From: Oscillatoria acuminata PCC 6304
GTDB lineage: Bacteria > Cyanobacteriota > Cyanobacteriia > Cyanobacteriales > Laspinemataceae
Assembly: GCF_000317105.1 (NCBI RefSeq)
Contig: NC_019693.1
Coordinates: 3,967,227 to 4,031,226 of the forward strand
DNA: 64,000 nt
Reading direction: 5' to 3'
Shown: positions 45,901-53,475 of the stretch, one piece after another
Layout of the letters: every line of letters starts with the position of its first letter
Position numbering within the stretch: position 1 is the stretch's first letter
Position numbers and translations under genes: made by a program
Notes under the pieces: model-generated
Seen by the model: only the letters and a program-made list of their open reading frames with translations
Database searches by the model: none
What the model was told of the DNA's origin: nothing

Positions 45901-48663
45901 CCCTAGTTCTCCTGGGCGATCGCTCGTCACATAAGCAACTAAACGCTTTTCCCCGCCTTCTTCCCGCGCCACAACCACGGCATCGCGGACCGCAGGATGT
46001 TCACTCAGAACGGATTCAATCTCACCTAATTCAATCCGAAATCCGCGAATTTTGACTTGATAATCCCGGCGTCCGACAAATTCGATTGTGCCATCGGGGA
46101 GATAGCGAGTTAAGTCCCCAGTTTTATACAGTTTGCCATCTGGGTGATAGGGGTCGGGAATAAATTTTTCAGCCGTGAGTTCCGGGCGATTAAGGTACCC
46201 TTGCCCGACGCCCCAACCCCCGACATACAGTTCCCCCGTCACCCCAATGGGGACAGGCTGCTGAAACTCATCCAGGATATAGAGTTGAGTATTGGCGATT
46301 GCGCGTCCCAGTGGCACAATTTGTATCCCCTCACTCAGGGTATCCGGGATTGGATAGGTGGCAACAATCCCGCAGGTTTCCGTTTGTCCGAACATATTGA
46401 TAAACTGTGCCGGATGCTGGAACTCCTGCCGCCAAATTTGAGGCAAATCGGACCGTAAGGGTTCGCTGGCAGAGACAATCAGGCGCAAATTATTCACCAA
46501 CAGGTGCGATCGCCCTTGTGCCTCTAAGTGACTCAAGGCATAAGTGCTATTCCGCCAAAATGACGGGACAATATCAATGACAGTCACATTTCGGTCCTTG
46601 ACTTCCTGGAACAGGGCGAGGGGGTCTTGCCGCTGTTGTGAGGTGGCAATATTCACCGTTGCCCCTGCTGCCAAGGGGACCATCAACTGTCTAACGGAGG
46701 AGGAAAAGGCGATGGAAGCGGTATGCAGGTAAATGTCATCCCTTTGGATACCCAAAGCATGACCCATCGCCTGTACATAGTGGCAAAGGTTGCGATGGCT
46801 GATTTTCACCCCTTTGGGTTTGCCCGTAGAACCAGAAGTATAAATAATGTAGGCAATCTCTCCCCCCGGGGTAGTCGCATTTTCTGCGGATTGGGCAGCA
46901 ATGGCATCCCTGTCGCTATCGAGACAGACAATTTTTGCCGGAATTTCTGACAGTTCTGCGGTCAAACTAGCCTGAGTGAGTAAAACTGAAGGTTGGGCAT
47001 TTTCTAACATGAACCCTAGTCGTTCTTTCGGATAGGCTGGGTCCAGGGGAACATAAGCCGCCCCTGCTTTGAGGATGCCTAAAATTGCGACAACCATTTC
47101 CAGCGATCGCTCTAAATACAGTCCGACTAAATCCTGAGAATTTACCCCTAATTGTTGTAAGTAACCCGCCAATTGATTGGCGCGGGCATTGAGTTCGCCG
47201 TAGGTTAGGGTTTCCTGACTAAAAATTAGAGCAATTTTATCTGGGGTAGCCGTTGCTCGTTCTTCAATAAATTGATGAATCGTCTCGTAACCGTTATAAT
47301 CCCGATGGGTTGCATTAAATTGAACTAACAACTGATGCCGTTCAGTTTCGGTTAAAAGATTGAGCTGAGACAGGGGCTTTTCAGGTGTCGCAATAATGCT
47401 TTCTAATAAGCAAATCAGTTGGTTACCGAATCGCTGAATCGTCTCTATTTGAAACGCATTGGTATCATAGTCAAAGACTAGAATTAAACCCTCTTTGTCC
47501 GGTTGAACTGAGAGTTTTAGCTTAAAGCGACTGCCAACCCACCAAGGGCGATCGCAAGTCAAGGAAAGCTGCGAATCCCCGTAGGTTTGCGCCTTGCTTC
47601 GCCCTTCAAAAGCCAGAGGGAAAAACGGTGCCGTTTCTGGGGGTAATCCCGATAGAGTTTCCCAAGTAAAATACTCCTGCCACTTTTCCCCTTCTGCGAC
47701 TGCCTGATGCACCACCGGCAGAATTCCTGCAAAAGTTGCCGATTCTCCTGCGGAATAATTTAGGGGTAAAACTTTAGCAAAAGCACCTATTGCCGTTGAT
47801 AATTCTGCGTATTTTCGACCCTCTGCTAAAACGCCAATGGTAAAAGTTTCCTGTCCCGTGAATCTTTGGATTAAACCTAGCCAAGCGGTTAACAAAACCG
47901 TTTGAGTTTTAACTTCATAGTTGTCAGCAAATTGAGCAATTTTTTCGGTTAATTCTCCCGAGAGTTTTACTGCATAATCTTGAGGCTGAAATCTCGAAGA
48001 ATTTCCCTCCAGTTCCCCGGGCAATTTCAGGGTTCCTAGACCCGCAACCTCTAGTTGACGCCAATAATTAGCCCCAATTTCGGTTTCTGGCGATTCTAAT
48101 AATTGATTTTGCCATTCGGCTAAATCCGCATATTGCAAGGGTTCATCAGATAAGGTTTCCCCTTGACAAATTGCCCGATAAGTAGTGGCAATTTCTGACC
48201 CTAAATTCTCCAGAGATTGAGCATCGGCACAAACTGCCGGTAAGCGAATTATTAATACAGACTGTTCCACACCTAGGGAAACCCAGGCGGCGTGAAATAA
48301 TGGCCCTTGTTCCCAATTAAAGGGCTGTTGTCCGATTTCCTGGATGTAAGCGGCAAGTTTACTGTCCCTGTCTTCCGGTAAACAGGAACTTAAATCTAAG
48401 GGGTCATGCCATTGGAACTCCCCTGTCGTAATTGCTTGAACCGGCAGGGTCATTCCCGGTAGACAGGGAAAGGTGGTCCGCAGGATTTCATGGCGTTGTA
48501 TGACAGTGCCGATCGCGGTTTTTAAAATCCCAGAATCGCACTTTCCGGCAATCTGCACCATTCCCTGACAACAATAGGCAAAGTTATCAAGCTGTTGCAG
48601 TTGCCACACCTGTTTTTGCTGGGGAGAAAGTCGAAACCCCTCAATCTCGTTGATCATGCTCAA
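39922..48663 (-). CDS. NRPS, 2913 aa: HH-less C-like domain, then A-T-C-A-T-C, then a fused TauD/TfdA-family Fe(II)/2OG dioxygenase domain
   Basis: N-terminal C-like domain with 'IIRLPAVCADAQS' in place of HHxxxDG. A1 ('IAYIIYTSGSTGKPKGV', A4 region 'IAFSSSV'). T. C 'HHIVSDGWS'. A2 'LAYIIYTSGSTGRPKGV'. T. Third C domain with intact 'HHIIADGWS' (~41915-41940). C-terminal ~336 aa TauD-like domain (39925-40935; 'GGILFRNFG', 'HNE...H', 'AHSRNPF'). The stop overlaps the next gene's ATG by 11 nt. Confidence 0.85.
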   Translation of the reverse strand: MSMINEIEGFRLSPQQKQVWQLQQLDNFAYCCQGMVQIAGKCDSGILKTAIGTVIQRHEILRTTFPCLPGMTLPVQAITTGEFQWHDPLDLSSCLPEDRDSKLAAYIQEIGQQPFNWEQGPLFHAAWVSLGVEQSVLIIRLPAVCADAQSLENLGSEIATTYRAICQGETLSDEPLQYADLAEWQNQLLESPETEIGANYWRQLEVAGLGTLKLPGELEGNSSRFQPQDYAVKLSGELTEKIAQFADNYEVKTQTVLLTAWLGLIQRFTGQETFTIGVLAEGRKYAELSTAIGAFAKVLPLNYSAGESATFAGILPVVHQAVAEGEKWQEYFTWETLSGLPPETAPFFPLAFEGRSKAQTYGDSQLSLTCDRPWWVGSRFKLKLSVQPDKEGLILVFDYDTNAFQIETIQRFGNQLICLLESIIATPEKPLSQLNLLTETERHQLLVQFNATHRDYNGYETIHQFIEERATATPDKIALIFSQETLTYGELNARANQLAGYLQQLGVNSQDLVGLYLERSLEMVVAILGILKAGAAYVPLDPAYPKERLGFMLENAQPSVLLTQASLTAELSEIPAKIVCLDSDRDAIAAQSAENATTPGGEIAYIIYTSGSTGKPKGVKISHRNLCHYVQAMGHALGIQRDDIYLHTASIAFSSSVRQLMVPLAAGATVNIATSQQRQDPLALFQEVKDRNVTVIDIVPSFWRNSTYALSHLEAQGRSHLLVNNLRLIVSASEPLRSDLPQIWRQEFQHPAQFINMFGQTETCGIVATYPIPDTLSEGIQIVPLGRAIANTQLYILDEFQQPVPIGVTGELYVGGWGVGQGYLNRPELTAEKFIPDPYHPDGKLYKTGDLTRYLPDGTIEFVGRRDYQVKIRGFRIELGEIESVLSEHPAVRDAVVVAREEGGEKRLVAYVTSDRPGELGRELRQFASQRLPDYMIPSTFAVLDSFPLTPNGKVNRQALPTPEELQGQSEAIAPRTPVEELLAGIWAQLLQRHPISREDNFFEVGGHSLLVTQLVSQIRDTFGVELPLRSLFETPTLAQLADCIETSLAAGEKLDIPEIVPVSKTGAVPLSFSQERLWFLEGLEPGTYNSAAAVRLQGQVNIPALEESFNEIARRHDTLRTRFVEGEGCVIQEIMPEVRITLPVISCEESQVPSLAVAWVQQPFDLTQPPLVRLTLFQLQPDEFILLFVIHHIVSDGWSMGVLIQELGTIYGAYSTGRISPLPALAVQYADFVLWQRQWLNQARLGAQMDYWKRQLGGDLPGLDLPTDYPRPGVQSFRGATQSLTLPIELSEALNTLSQQSGVTLYMTLLAAFQTLLYRYSGQSDIRVGTPIANRNRGEIEGLIGCFVNTLVLRTDLSGTPSFRELMGRVREVALGAYAHQDLPFEQLVEALQPSRTLSHSPIFQVMFVLQNAPMAELELPGLRLNLLELDSKKSRFDLTLAIAQTRQGLLATLEYSTDLFEAGTISRMLGHFQTLLESAVAGPDARISEMPMLTANEQAQLLHQWNDTAAEYPETACIHELIEAQVAKTPDAVAAVFEGQSLTYQELSDRASQLAQYLQSIGVQRNQAVALYVDRSLEMLVGLLGILKSGAAYLPLDPALPGDRLQYMLEHSQAGVILTQQHLISTLPSHQARVVCLDAMNPHPGRVGLYEQSPPARAEDLAYIIYTSGSTGRPKGVQLRHRSVVNFLTSMKREPGITCGDRLLAVTTLIFDIAALELFLPLTVGACVIIASREVATDGQQLASLLDSQQITVMQATPSTWRMLIESGWQGRPQLKILCGGEALPRLLADELCNRAGSVWNLYGPTETTIWSTLYPVTPGEETVSIGRAVANTQIYLLDQALQPVPVGIPGDLYIGGAGLAAGYLHQPELTSEKFIPSPFAENPEVKLYKTGDVARYRPDGTLEYIGRVDNQVKIRGFRIELGEIESVLAKNPEVRQGVVIAREDTPGDTWLVAYVVLHPQAEPNSSQWRQLLKQQLPDYMIPAAFVVLDTLPLTPNGKIDRKALPAPSRQGKEAHIAPATPLEQQLTEIWAQVLGLEQVGVEENFFELGGHSLLATQLISRIPHTFQVELPLRSLFESPTVREFASRISGATVTASFPLMPVSRNQNLPLSFAQQRLWFLEQLEPGTATYNIPAVLRLTGNLDEAALEASLNAVIDRHEALRTSFPAIDGQPIQAIAPQLRVNIVTLDLSEVASEDWEAEGVKTAVAESLKPFDLEQLPLLRVTLIQHEGDRLLVLVLHHIIADGWSMGVLIREIATLYDAFSTGKSVALPELPIQYADFAVWQRHVLQGEILEHKLAYWKQQLGGTLPVLNLPGSRSQLPISSRKGATYTFQIPAEVARGVQVLSHQENVTLFMTLLAGFQTLLYRYTQCDDVVVGTDLANRSSLETEGLIGFFINLLVLRTNLSGNPSFRELLTRVKQVTLDAYAHQDVPFEKLVETLRPDRQSTANPLFQVLFVLQNAPMPPLELSGLTLEPVAVDTGIARFDIALFLTETESGIAGKWQYNADKFEEGAIVKFSHHFVTLLSNISTQSDSRLDALDFIPESEREQQAMQKQARKSLKLKTFKAVQAQTVDLSPERLINTEYLTPGETFPLVITPRVSELDAVEWATHNREFIQTQLQQHGGILFRNFGLQTPGNFEQFAQGICPQLFGEYGDLPREGISGKVYGSTPYPADKAILFHNESSHLHCWPLKIWFFCAQPAQEGGETPIVDCRKVYQYLNPQIREKLAQKQLMYVRTFTEGLDVSWQEFFHTDERAVVENYCNQAGIRCQWLPDNGLRTEKIQPAIAKHPQTGEWVFFNQILLHHIGCLDVSVRESLLSLFGENKLPRNVYYGDGSAIEEETIAEIATLYENLAVTFSWQQGDVVMLDNMLAAHSRNPFVGPRKIVVAMGEMVQRADIQFPVMEEAHAQ
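43683..43740. repeat. REP-like double-hairpin element lying in-frame inside the A2 domain coding sequence
   Basis: 'agcccgcgcaggcgggctttgttcgtatagccccacccttccagggtgcgggtt' is ~90% identical to the intergenic 21766-21818. On the minus strand it encodes 'PHPGRVGLYEQSPPARAE' just upstream of core motif A3. Confidence 0.6.
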
Positions 48664-48722
48664 TCTCCGATTCTAGTAAATGCACCCCTAAGCGGGGTAA
48701 ACGTAGCGTATAAAGTTCTGTA

Positions 48723-49775
48723 TTACAAGTTTTGGGAAAACAATTCTGACATCCCGACAACGATTTTCCTGGGTCCTGAAAAGGGTTGTCGTCCGTGGGC
48801 TGTCAGCATATTATCTAACATTAGAATATCTCCGGTTTCCCAGGGAAATAATACCGTTTCTGCCCGATAAGCGGCGCGGATTTCTTCTAAAACCTCGGGT
48901 TCAATGGGTGACCCGTCTCCATAATAAGTATTATGGGGTAAATCCTCTTCAGAAAATGCCTTTAATAACGCCTCTCGAATCGGGGGTTCCAAGGTGGATA
49001 CATGGAAGAATACCCCATGATTAAACCAGACAGCTTCCCCGGTAATAGGATGGTGGGCGATCGCCTGCCGGACTTGACGGGTACGCAGGCGATTTTGCCC
49101 TTTCCATTCCCACTCTATCCCATTTTTGCGACAAAAATCTACCACTTGGGAGGTATTTTCTGTTTGGAATACAGTTTGCCAGGGCAACCCAAACCCATCG
49201 CCAAAATTGCGGACATACATCACCTGTTTTTCAGCAAAACGGCGGCGAATTTCAGGGGGAATCCGTTGCAATAACTTGCGGGTGTCGGCGATAGGAGTTT
49301 CGCCTCCTTCTGTGGGGGGAATCAAACAGCAAAAGAAGATTTTTAAGGGCCAACTGGCTGCATAAGAGTTCTCGCTATGGAGAAAAATGGTTTGATTCGC
49401 GGGATGATCCGTCGAGGTATAAATATTACCATTGACGGGACTCCGAGGGGATGAGCGATCGCGATAATCCAGCAACTCCCCCGATACGGTTTGAATCAAC
49501 TCCTCAAACTCTTCCACATCCCGAATCCCAAAGTTTCGGAATAGAATGCCCCCATGTTTTTGCAACGCCGTTTGAATAAAATCTCGGTTTGTATTCGCCC
49601 AAACGGTTAAATTCACCCCCTCGATTTGGGGCTGAATTAACAAAGGTAAAGACTGGTCCAAAAACATCGGCTTGGCTTCGACCAATTTGGTCGTTTCCAC
49701 GCTAACGGAACGCCGTTTGACGGCACCGAATGTCGTTAGATTAGGAGTGGAGGAGTCTGAAAATTTCATGACCAC
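48723..49775 (-). CDS. Standalone TauD/TfdA-family Fe(II)/2-oxoglutarate dioxygenase (SyrP-like amino-acid beta-hydroxylase)
   Basis: 350 aa, paralogous to the fused C-terminal domain of the 2913-aa NRPS ('GGILFRNFG', 'HSENSYAASWPLKIFF', 'GGETPIADTRK', 'LDNMLTAHGRQPF'). Confidence 0.8.
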   Translation of the reverse strand: MVMKFSDSSTPNLTTFGAVKRRSVSVETTKLVEAKPMFLDQSLPLLIQPQIEGVNLTVWANTNRDFIQTALQKHGGILFRNFGIRDVEEFEELIQTVSGELLDYRDRSSPRSPVNGNIYTSTDHPANQTIFLHSENSYAASWPLKIFFCCLIPPTEGGETPIADTRKLLQRIPPEIRRRFAEKQVMYVRNFGDGFGLPWQTVFQTENTSQVVDFCRKNGIEWEWKGQNRLRTRQVRQAIAHHPITGEAVWFNHGVFFHVSTLEPPIREALLKAFSEEDLPHNTYYGDGSPIEPEVLEEIRAAYRAETVLFPWETGDILMLDNMLTAHGRQPFSGPRKIVVGMSELFSQNL

Positions 49776-49782
49776 AGGAGGG

Positions 49783-52700
49783 CTAAACTGTACGGGTTGC
49801 TTGCCGTTTGGTGAGCTTTAGTTTTTGTAAGCTAACGGCTTGTAAAGATTCGGCTTGGCGTTGTCGTTGTTGATGGCAACTGCCATAAACGTTTAATTCA
49901 GTTAATCGCAGGTGAGGTTGAGTCACAACTTGGTGCAATACCCCTTCATAATCCTCAACCATCTGGGCTATTGTCTCTGGGTTAAATAAATCCGTTTGAT
50001 ACTCAAAGGACCCTTTAAATCCCGCTGGATCGTCCCAAATACTGACCTTTAAATCAAACTTGGAAGTCCCTAAATCAACTTCCTGGGACTCAAAACTGAG
50101 TCCAGGAATTTCCACCGTGGGAATCGGCGCGTTTTGCAGAATAAACATCACCTGGAATAACGGATTATAACTTAAATTTCGTTCCGGCTGCAACTCTTCC
50201 ACTAATTTATCAAACGGTAACGCCTGATGAGCATAAGCCCCCGATGCTACAGCCCGGACTCGCTGCAAAACTTCTCTAAAATTGGGATTTCCTGACAAAT
50301 CAGTTCGTAAAACGAGAGTATTAATAAAAAAGCCAATTAATCCTCTAGTTTCAGGCTTTTCCCGCCCTGCTACCGGCGAACCGACTGCAATATCCTCTTG
50401 CTGACTGTAACAGCATAACAGGATTTTAAACCCTGCCAACAGGGTCATAAATAAGGTGACTTCTTCTTGGCGATTCAACTCCCGAACTGCCTCAGACAAG
50501 GTGGGAGAAAATTGGAAAAAGCACTTTTGACCGGCAAAGGTGGGAATTTCAGGACGAGGGCGATCGCAAGGTAAGTTCAACCGAGATAAATTCCCCTGAA
50601 GTTGCTGCTTCCAGTAATCTAATTCCCGTTGTAATCCCTCAGTTTGTAGCTGTTGCCGTTGCCATGCCGCAAAATCAGCATATTGGATGGGTAAGTTTCC
50701 TAAATTCGGGGCTTGACCCGCTGTCAATGCTTCATAAATGGCGGCAATTTCGCGCACCATGACCCCAACGGACCAGCCATCAGAAATAATATGATGGAGG
50801 ACAATCGATAAACAATGGCGCTGGTCCTGAACTCGGAATAAATGGACTCGCAATAAAGGCGCTTGCGAGAGATTAAACGGGGTTTTAGCTTCCTGTTGCA
50901 ACCGGGTGGATACTTCCGTTTCCAATACCTCAGAGATTGGCAATTTTACCGTTACCGGGAGCATCTCTATTTGTCCTAAAAACAAGTGGGACCTCTCCCC
51001 CCTGCCCCCCTCCCCTACAAGGGGAGGGGGGAATAAATCTCTTTCTCCCCCTTCCCTCTTAGGGAAGGGGGCTGGGGGGTTAGGTCTTTCTCCCCCTTCC
51101 CTCGCAGGGAAGGGGGCTGGGGGGTTAGGTCTCTTTTCAAAGTTGAAATCCCCCCCCATCACCGAGGCTTGAATCTGCTGAATGGGCCGCCCTTTAACTT
51201 CTGGAAATCCAGTCCTCAACCCTTCGTGACGGTTCACCAATTCTTGGAGGCTGGACTCTAAAATCTTGGTGTCCAGTTTCCCGACAATATTCAGGCAAAA
51301 TGCCACATTATAAAACGGATTTCCCGGTTCCAAGCGGTCCAAAAACCATAACCGTTCCTGGGCGAGTCCCACGGGCAATTCTGCCGTGCGAGAAACAGGC
51401 TCAATTGGGTCAATCGGCTGCTGAGTTTCCAGCAGATTGTCCGCTTTTTGGGCCAACTCTACTAAACTGATACCCTCGAAAAAGTCTACTACATCAATGT
51501 TGACACCCCATGCTAATTCAAGCTGATTTTTGAGGTCAAATGCCATCAACGAATCGAGTCCAAACCGACTGAGGGGCTGTTTCGGGTCAATGTCTACAAC
51601 CGAAACATTCAATAAGCTAGAGACTCGGCTGGTTAAATCAGCAATTAGCTCAGTTTGTCGCTGTTCCGGTGCAAGGTTGAGTAGACTTTCTCGGTCCCAA
51701 TTTTTCTCTAATTTCCCGGACATTGATGACGCTACCAGACTTTGATCCACCACTTGCAGTTCACCATTAAGGAAGCGATCGCGACAGGCACGGCGTTGAA
51801 TTTTTCCACTCGAAGTTTTGGGAATCGTACCCGGTTTAATCAGCACAACTCCATACACTTGCACCTCAAATTCCTCTGCGACTGCCTGCCGAATAGCGGC
51901 GATCGCCTCGGATAAATTCGGTTTAGCGCGAAACTCCAATTCTTGCACCACCACCAGCCTTTCTTCCCCTGCCACCTCCACGGTAAAAGCAGCAGTTCCC
52001 GTCAACCGAAATGCCCGATGACTCGACTCCGTAGCGCGTTCGATATCCTGGGGATATAAATTACGTCCCCGAATCAGAATTAAATCCTTAACCCGACCCG
52101 TAATATACAGTTCCCCATCCTCTAGGAAACCCAAATCCCCGGTGCGTAAAAATGGCCCTTCTCCACTGTCAGCCAGGAATGCTTGAAATGTATGACGACT
52201 CTCTTCCGGACGATTCCAATAGCCTTGGCAGACACTGGGTCCAGACACCCACACTTCTCCCACTTCGTTCCCTGCACAACGAGCACCCGTTTCCGGATGG
52301 GCGATCGCAATCTGCATATCCGGAACCGCAGAACCACATCCCACCAAGGTTACAGCATTTTCCCCTGAGTCCGAATCGGTAATCTGATTCCGTTCAAATG
52401 CACCTTTATCGATCGCCTTCCAAGGATAGGGAACCGATGTCATACTCCCCGACACCATCAACGTTGTTTCTGCCATCCCATAACAGGGATAAAAGGCTTC
52501 CGGTTGAAATCCACAGTCCGCAAAGGCTTCCTGAAATCGCACTAACGTCTCATGGCGAATCGGTTCAGCGCCATTAAATGCCACCTGCCACCGACTCAAA
52601 TCCAGGGTTGCCTTTTGTTCCGGCGTAATCTTACTCACACATAAGTCATAGGCAAAATTAGGTGCACCACTTGTCGTCCCCCCATAATCGGAAATCGCTT

Positions 52701-53475
52701 TCAGCCAACGATAGGGACGTTGTAGAAACGAAGCCGGAGACATTAACGTGCAGGGAAAACCCCCATAAAGGGGCTGTAAAATCCCCCCAATCAGTCCCAT
52801 ATCGTGATACGTTGGTAGCCACGAAATAAATTGACTCTCAGGATGATGATCCATCACTTTGTAGGTAATTGCCGCATTATGCAGCAAGTTCCCCTGGGAT
52901 ACCATCACCCCTTTTGGCGTTCCCGTAGAACCCGAGGTGTATTGCAAAAAAGCTAAACTGTCTGACGTAACCCCCGGATCCTGCCATTGGCTGTCCAACG
53001 CTGGATCTAACCGATCCGTACACACCCATTGCAACCCACTCCCTGCTGTTTTTTCGCTCAACAAGGATTGAACTTGGGCTGCAATTTGGCTGGTAGTGAG
53101 GGCGACTGCTGCTTTTGCATCTGCCAAGACTGCCAAAATTCTCGGTGTATTACGCTGATTTCGGGGCGGATAGGCAGGAACGGCAACAACTCCGGCATAC
53201 AGGCAGCCGAAAAAGGCAATCAAATAGTCGAGTCCCGGAGGATACAGCAGTAATGCCCGTTCCCCACCCAACCCCATTGCTTGCAATTGAGCGGCGATCG
53301 CCCGACTGCCTCGGTCTAATTCCCGATAGGTAAGGGTTTCCCCAAGGATTTCCCCATCGATTAAAAACCGAAAAGCGAGATTATCCGGCTGTTGGATTGC
53401 TCTCCCGCGCAGGATTTCTACAAAAGTAGAACAACGGCGATCGAGTTGTGGAACGGTGTACTCTGCGTAATTCAT
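49783..53475 (-). CDS. Lipoinitiation protein: fatty acyl-AMP ligase (FAAL) - ACP - condensation domain
   Basis: FAAL N-terminus 'LTYRELDRGSRAIAAQLQAMGLGGERALLLYPPGLDYLIAFFGCLYAGVVAVPAYPP', 'YTSGSTGTPKGV'. ACP 'LSRFGLDSLMAFDL'. C domain 'LWFLDRLEPGNPFYN', 'RHEGLRTGF', 'HHIISDGWS'. The C domain carries a ~55-aa Pro/Gly-rich insertion encoded by a repeat element. Confidence 0.85.
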   Translation of the reverse strand: MNYAEYTVPQLDRRCSTFVEILRGRAIQQPDNLAFRFLIDGEILGETLTYRELDRGSRAIAAQLQAMGLGGERALLLYPPGLDYLIAFFGCLYAGVVAVPAYPPRNQRNTPRILAVLADAKAAVALTTSQIAAQVQSLLSEKTAGSGLQWVCTDRLDPALDSQWQDPGVTSDSLAFLQYTSGSTGTPKGVMVSQGNLLHNAAITYKVMDHHPESQFISWLPTYHDMGLIGGILQPLYGGFPCTLMSPASFLQRPYRWLKAISDYGGTTSGAPNFAYDLCVSKITPEQKATLDLSRWQVAFNGAEPIRHETLVRFQEAFADCGFQPEAFYPCYGMAETTLMVSGSMTSVPYPWKAIDKGAFERNQITDSDSGENAVTLVGCGSAVPDMQIAIAHPETGARCAGNEVGEVWVSGPSVCQGYWNRPEESRHTFQAFLADSGEGPFLRTGDLGFLEDGELYITGRVKDLILIRGRNLYPQDIERATESSHRAFRLTGTAAFTVEVAGEERLVVVQELEFRAKPNLSEAIAAIRQAVAEEFEVQVYGVVLIKPGTIPKTSSGKIQRRACRDRFLNGELQVVDQSLVASSMSGKLEKNWDRESLLNLAPEQRQTELIADLTSRVSSLLNVSVVDIDPKQPLSRFGLDSLMAFDLKNQLELAWGVNIDVVDFFEGISLVELAQKADNLLETQQPIDPIEPVSRTAELPVGLAQERLWFLDRLEPGNPFYNVAFCLNIVGKLDTKILESSLQELVNRHEGLRTGFPEVKGRPIQQIQASVMGGDFNFEKRPNPPAPFPAREGGERPNPPAPFPKREGGERDLFPPPLVGEGGRGERSHLFLGQIEMLPVTVKLPISEVLETEVSTRLQQEAKTPFNLSQAPLLRVHLFRVQDQRHCLSIVLHHIISDGWSVGVMVREIAAIYEALTAGQAPNLGNLPIQYADFAAWQRQQLQTEGLQRELDYWKQQLQGNLSRLNLPCDRPRPEIPTFAGQKCFFQFSPTLSEAVRELNRQEEVTLFMTLLAGFKILLCCYSQQEDIAVGSPVAGREKPETRGLIGFFINTLVLRTDLSGNPNFREVLQRVRAVASGAYAHQALPFDKLVEELQPERNLSYNPLFQVMFILQNAPIPTVEIPGLSFESQEVDLGTSKFDLKVSIWDDPAGFKGSFEYQTDLFNPETIAQMVEDYEGVLHQVVTQPHLRLTELNVYGSCHQQRQRQAESLQAVSLQKLKLTKRQATRTV
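50989..51152. repeat. MITE-like element (partially duplicated) lying in-frame within the condensation-domain coding sequence
   Basis: 'gacctctcccccctgcccccctcccctacaaggggagggggg...cccccttccctcttagggaagggggctggggggttaggtc' x2 '...tcttttcaaagttgaaatc'. It closely matches the intergenic copy at 28428-28566. It translates to 'EKRPNPPAPFPAREGGERPNPPAPFPKREGGERDLFPPPLVGEGGRGERS' between the C2 and C3 (HHxxxDG) motifs. Confidence 0.7.
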
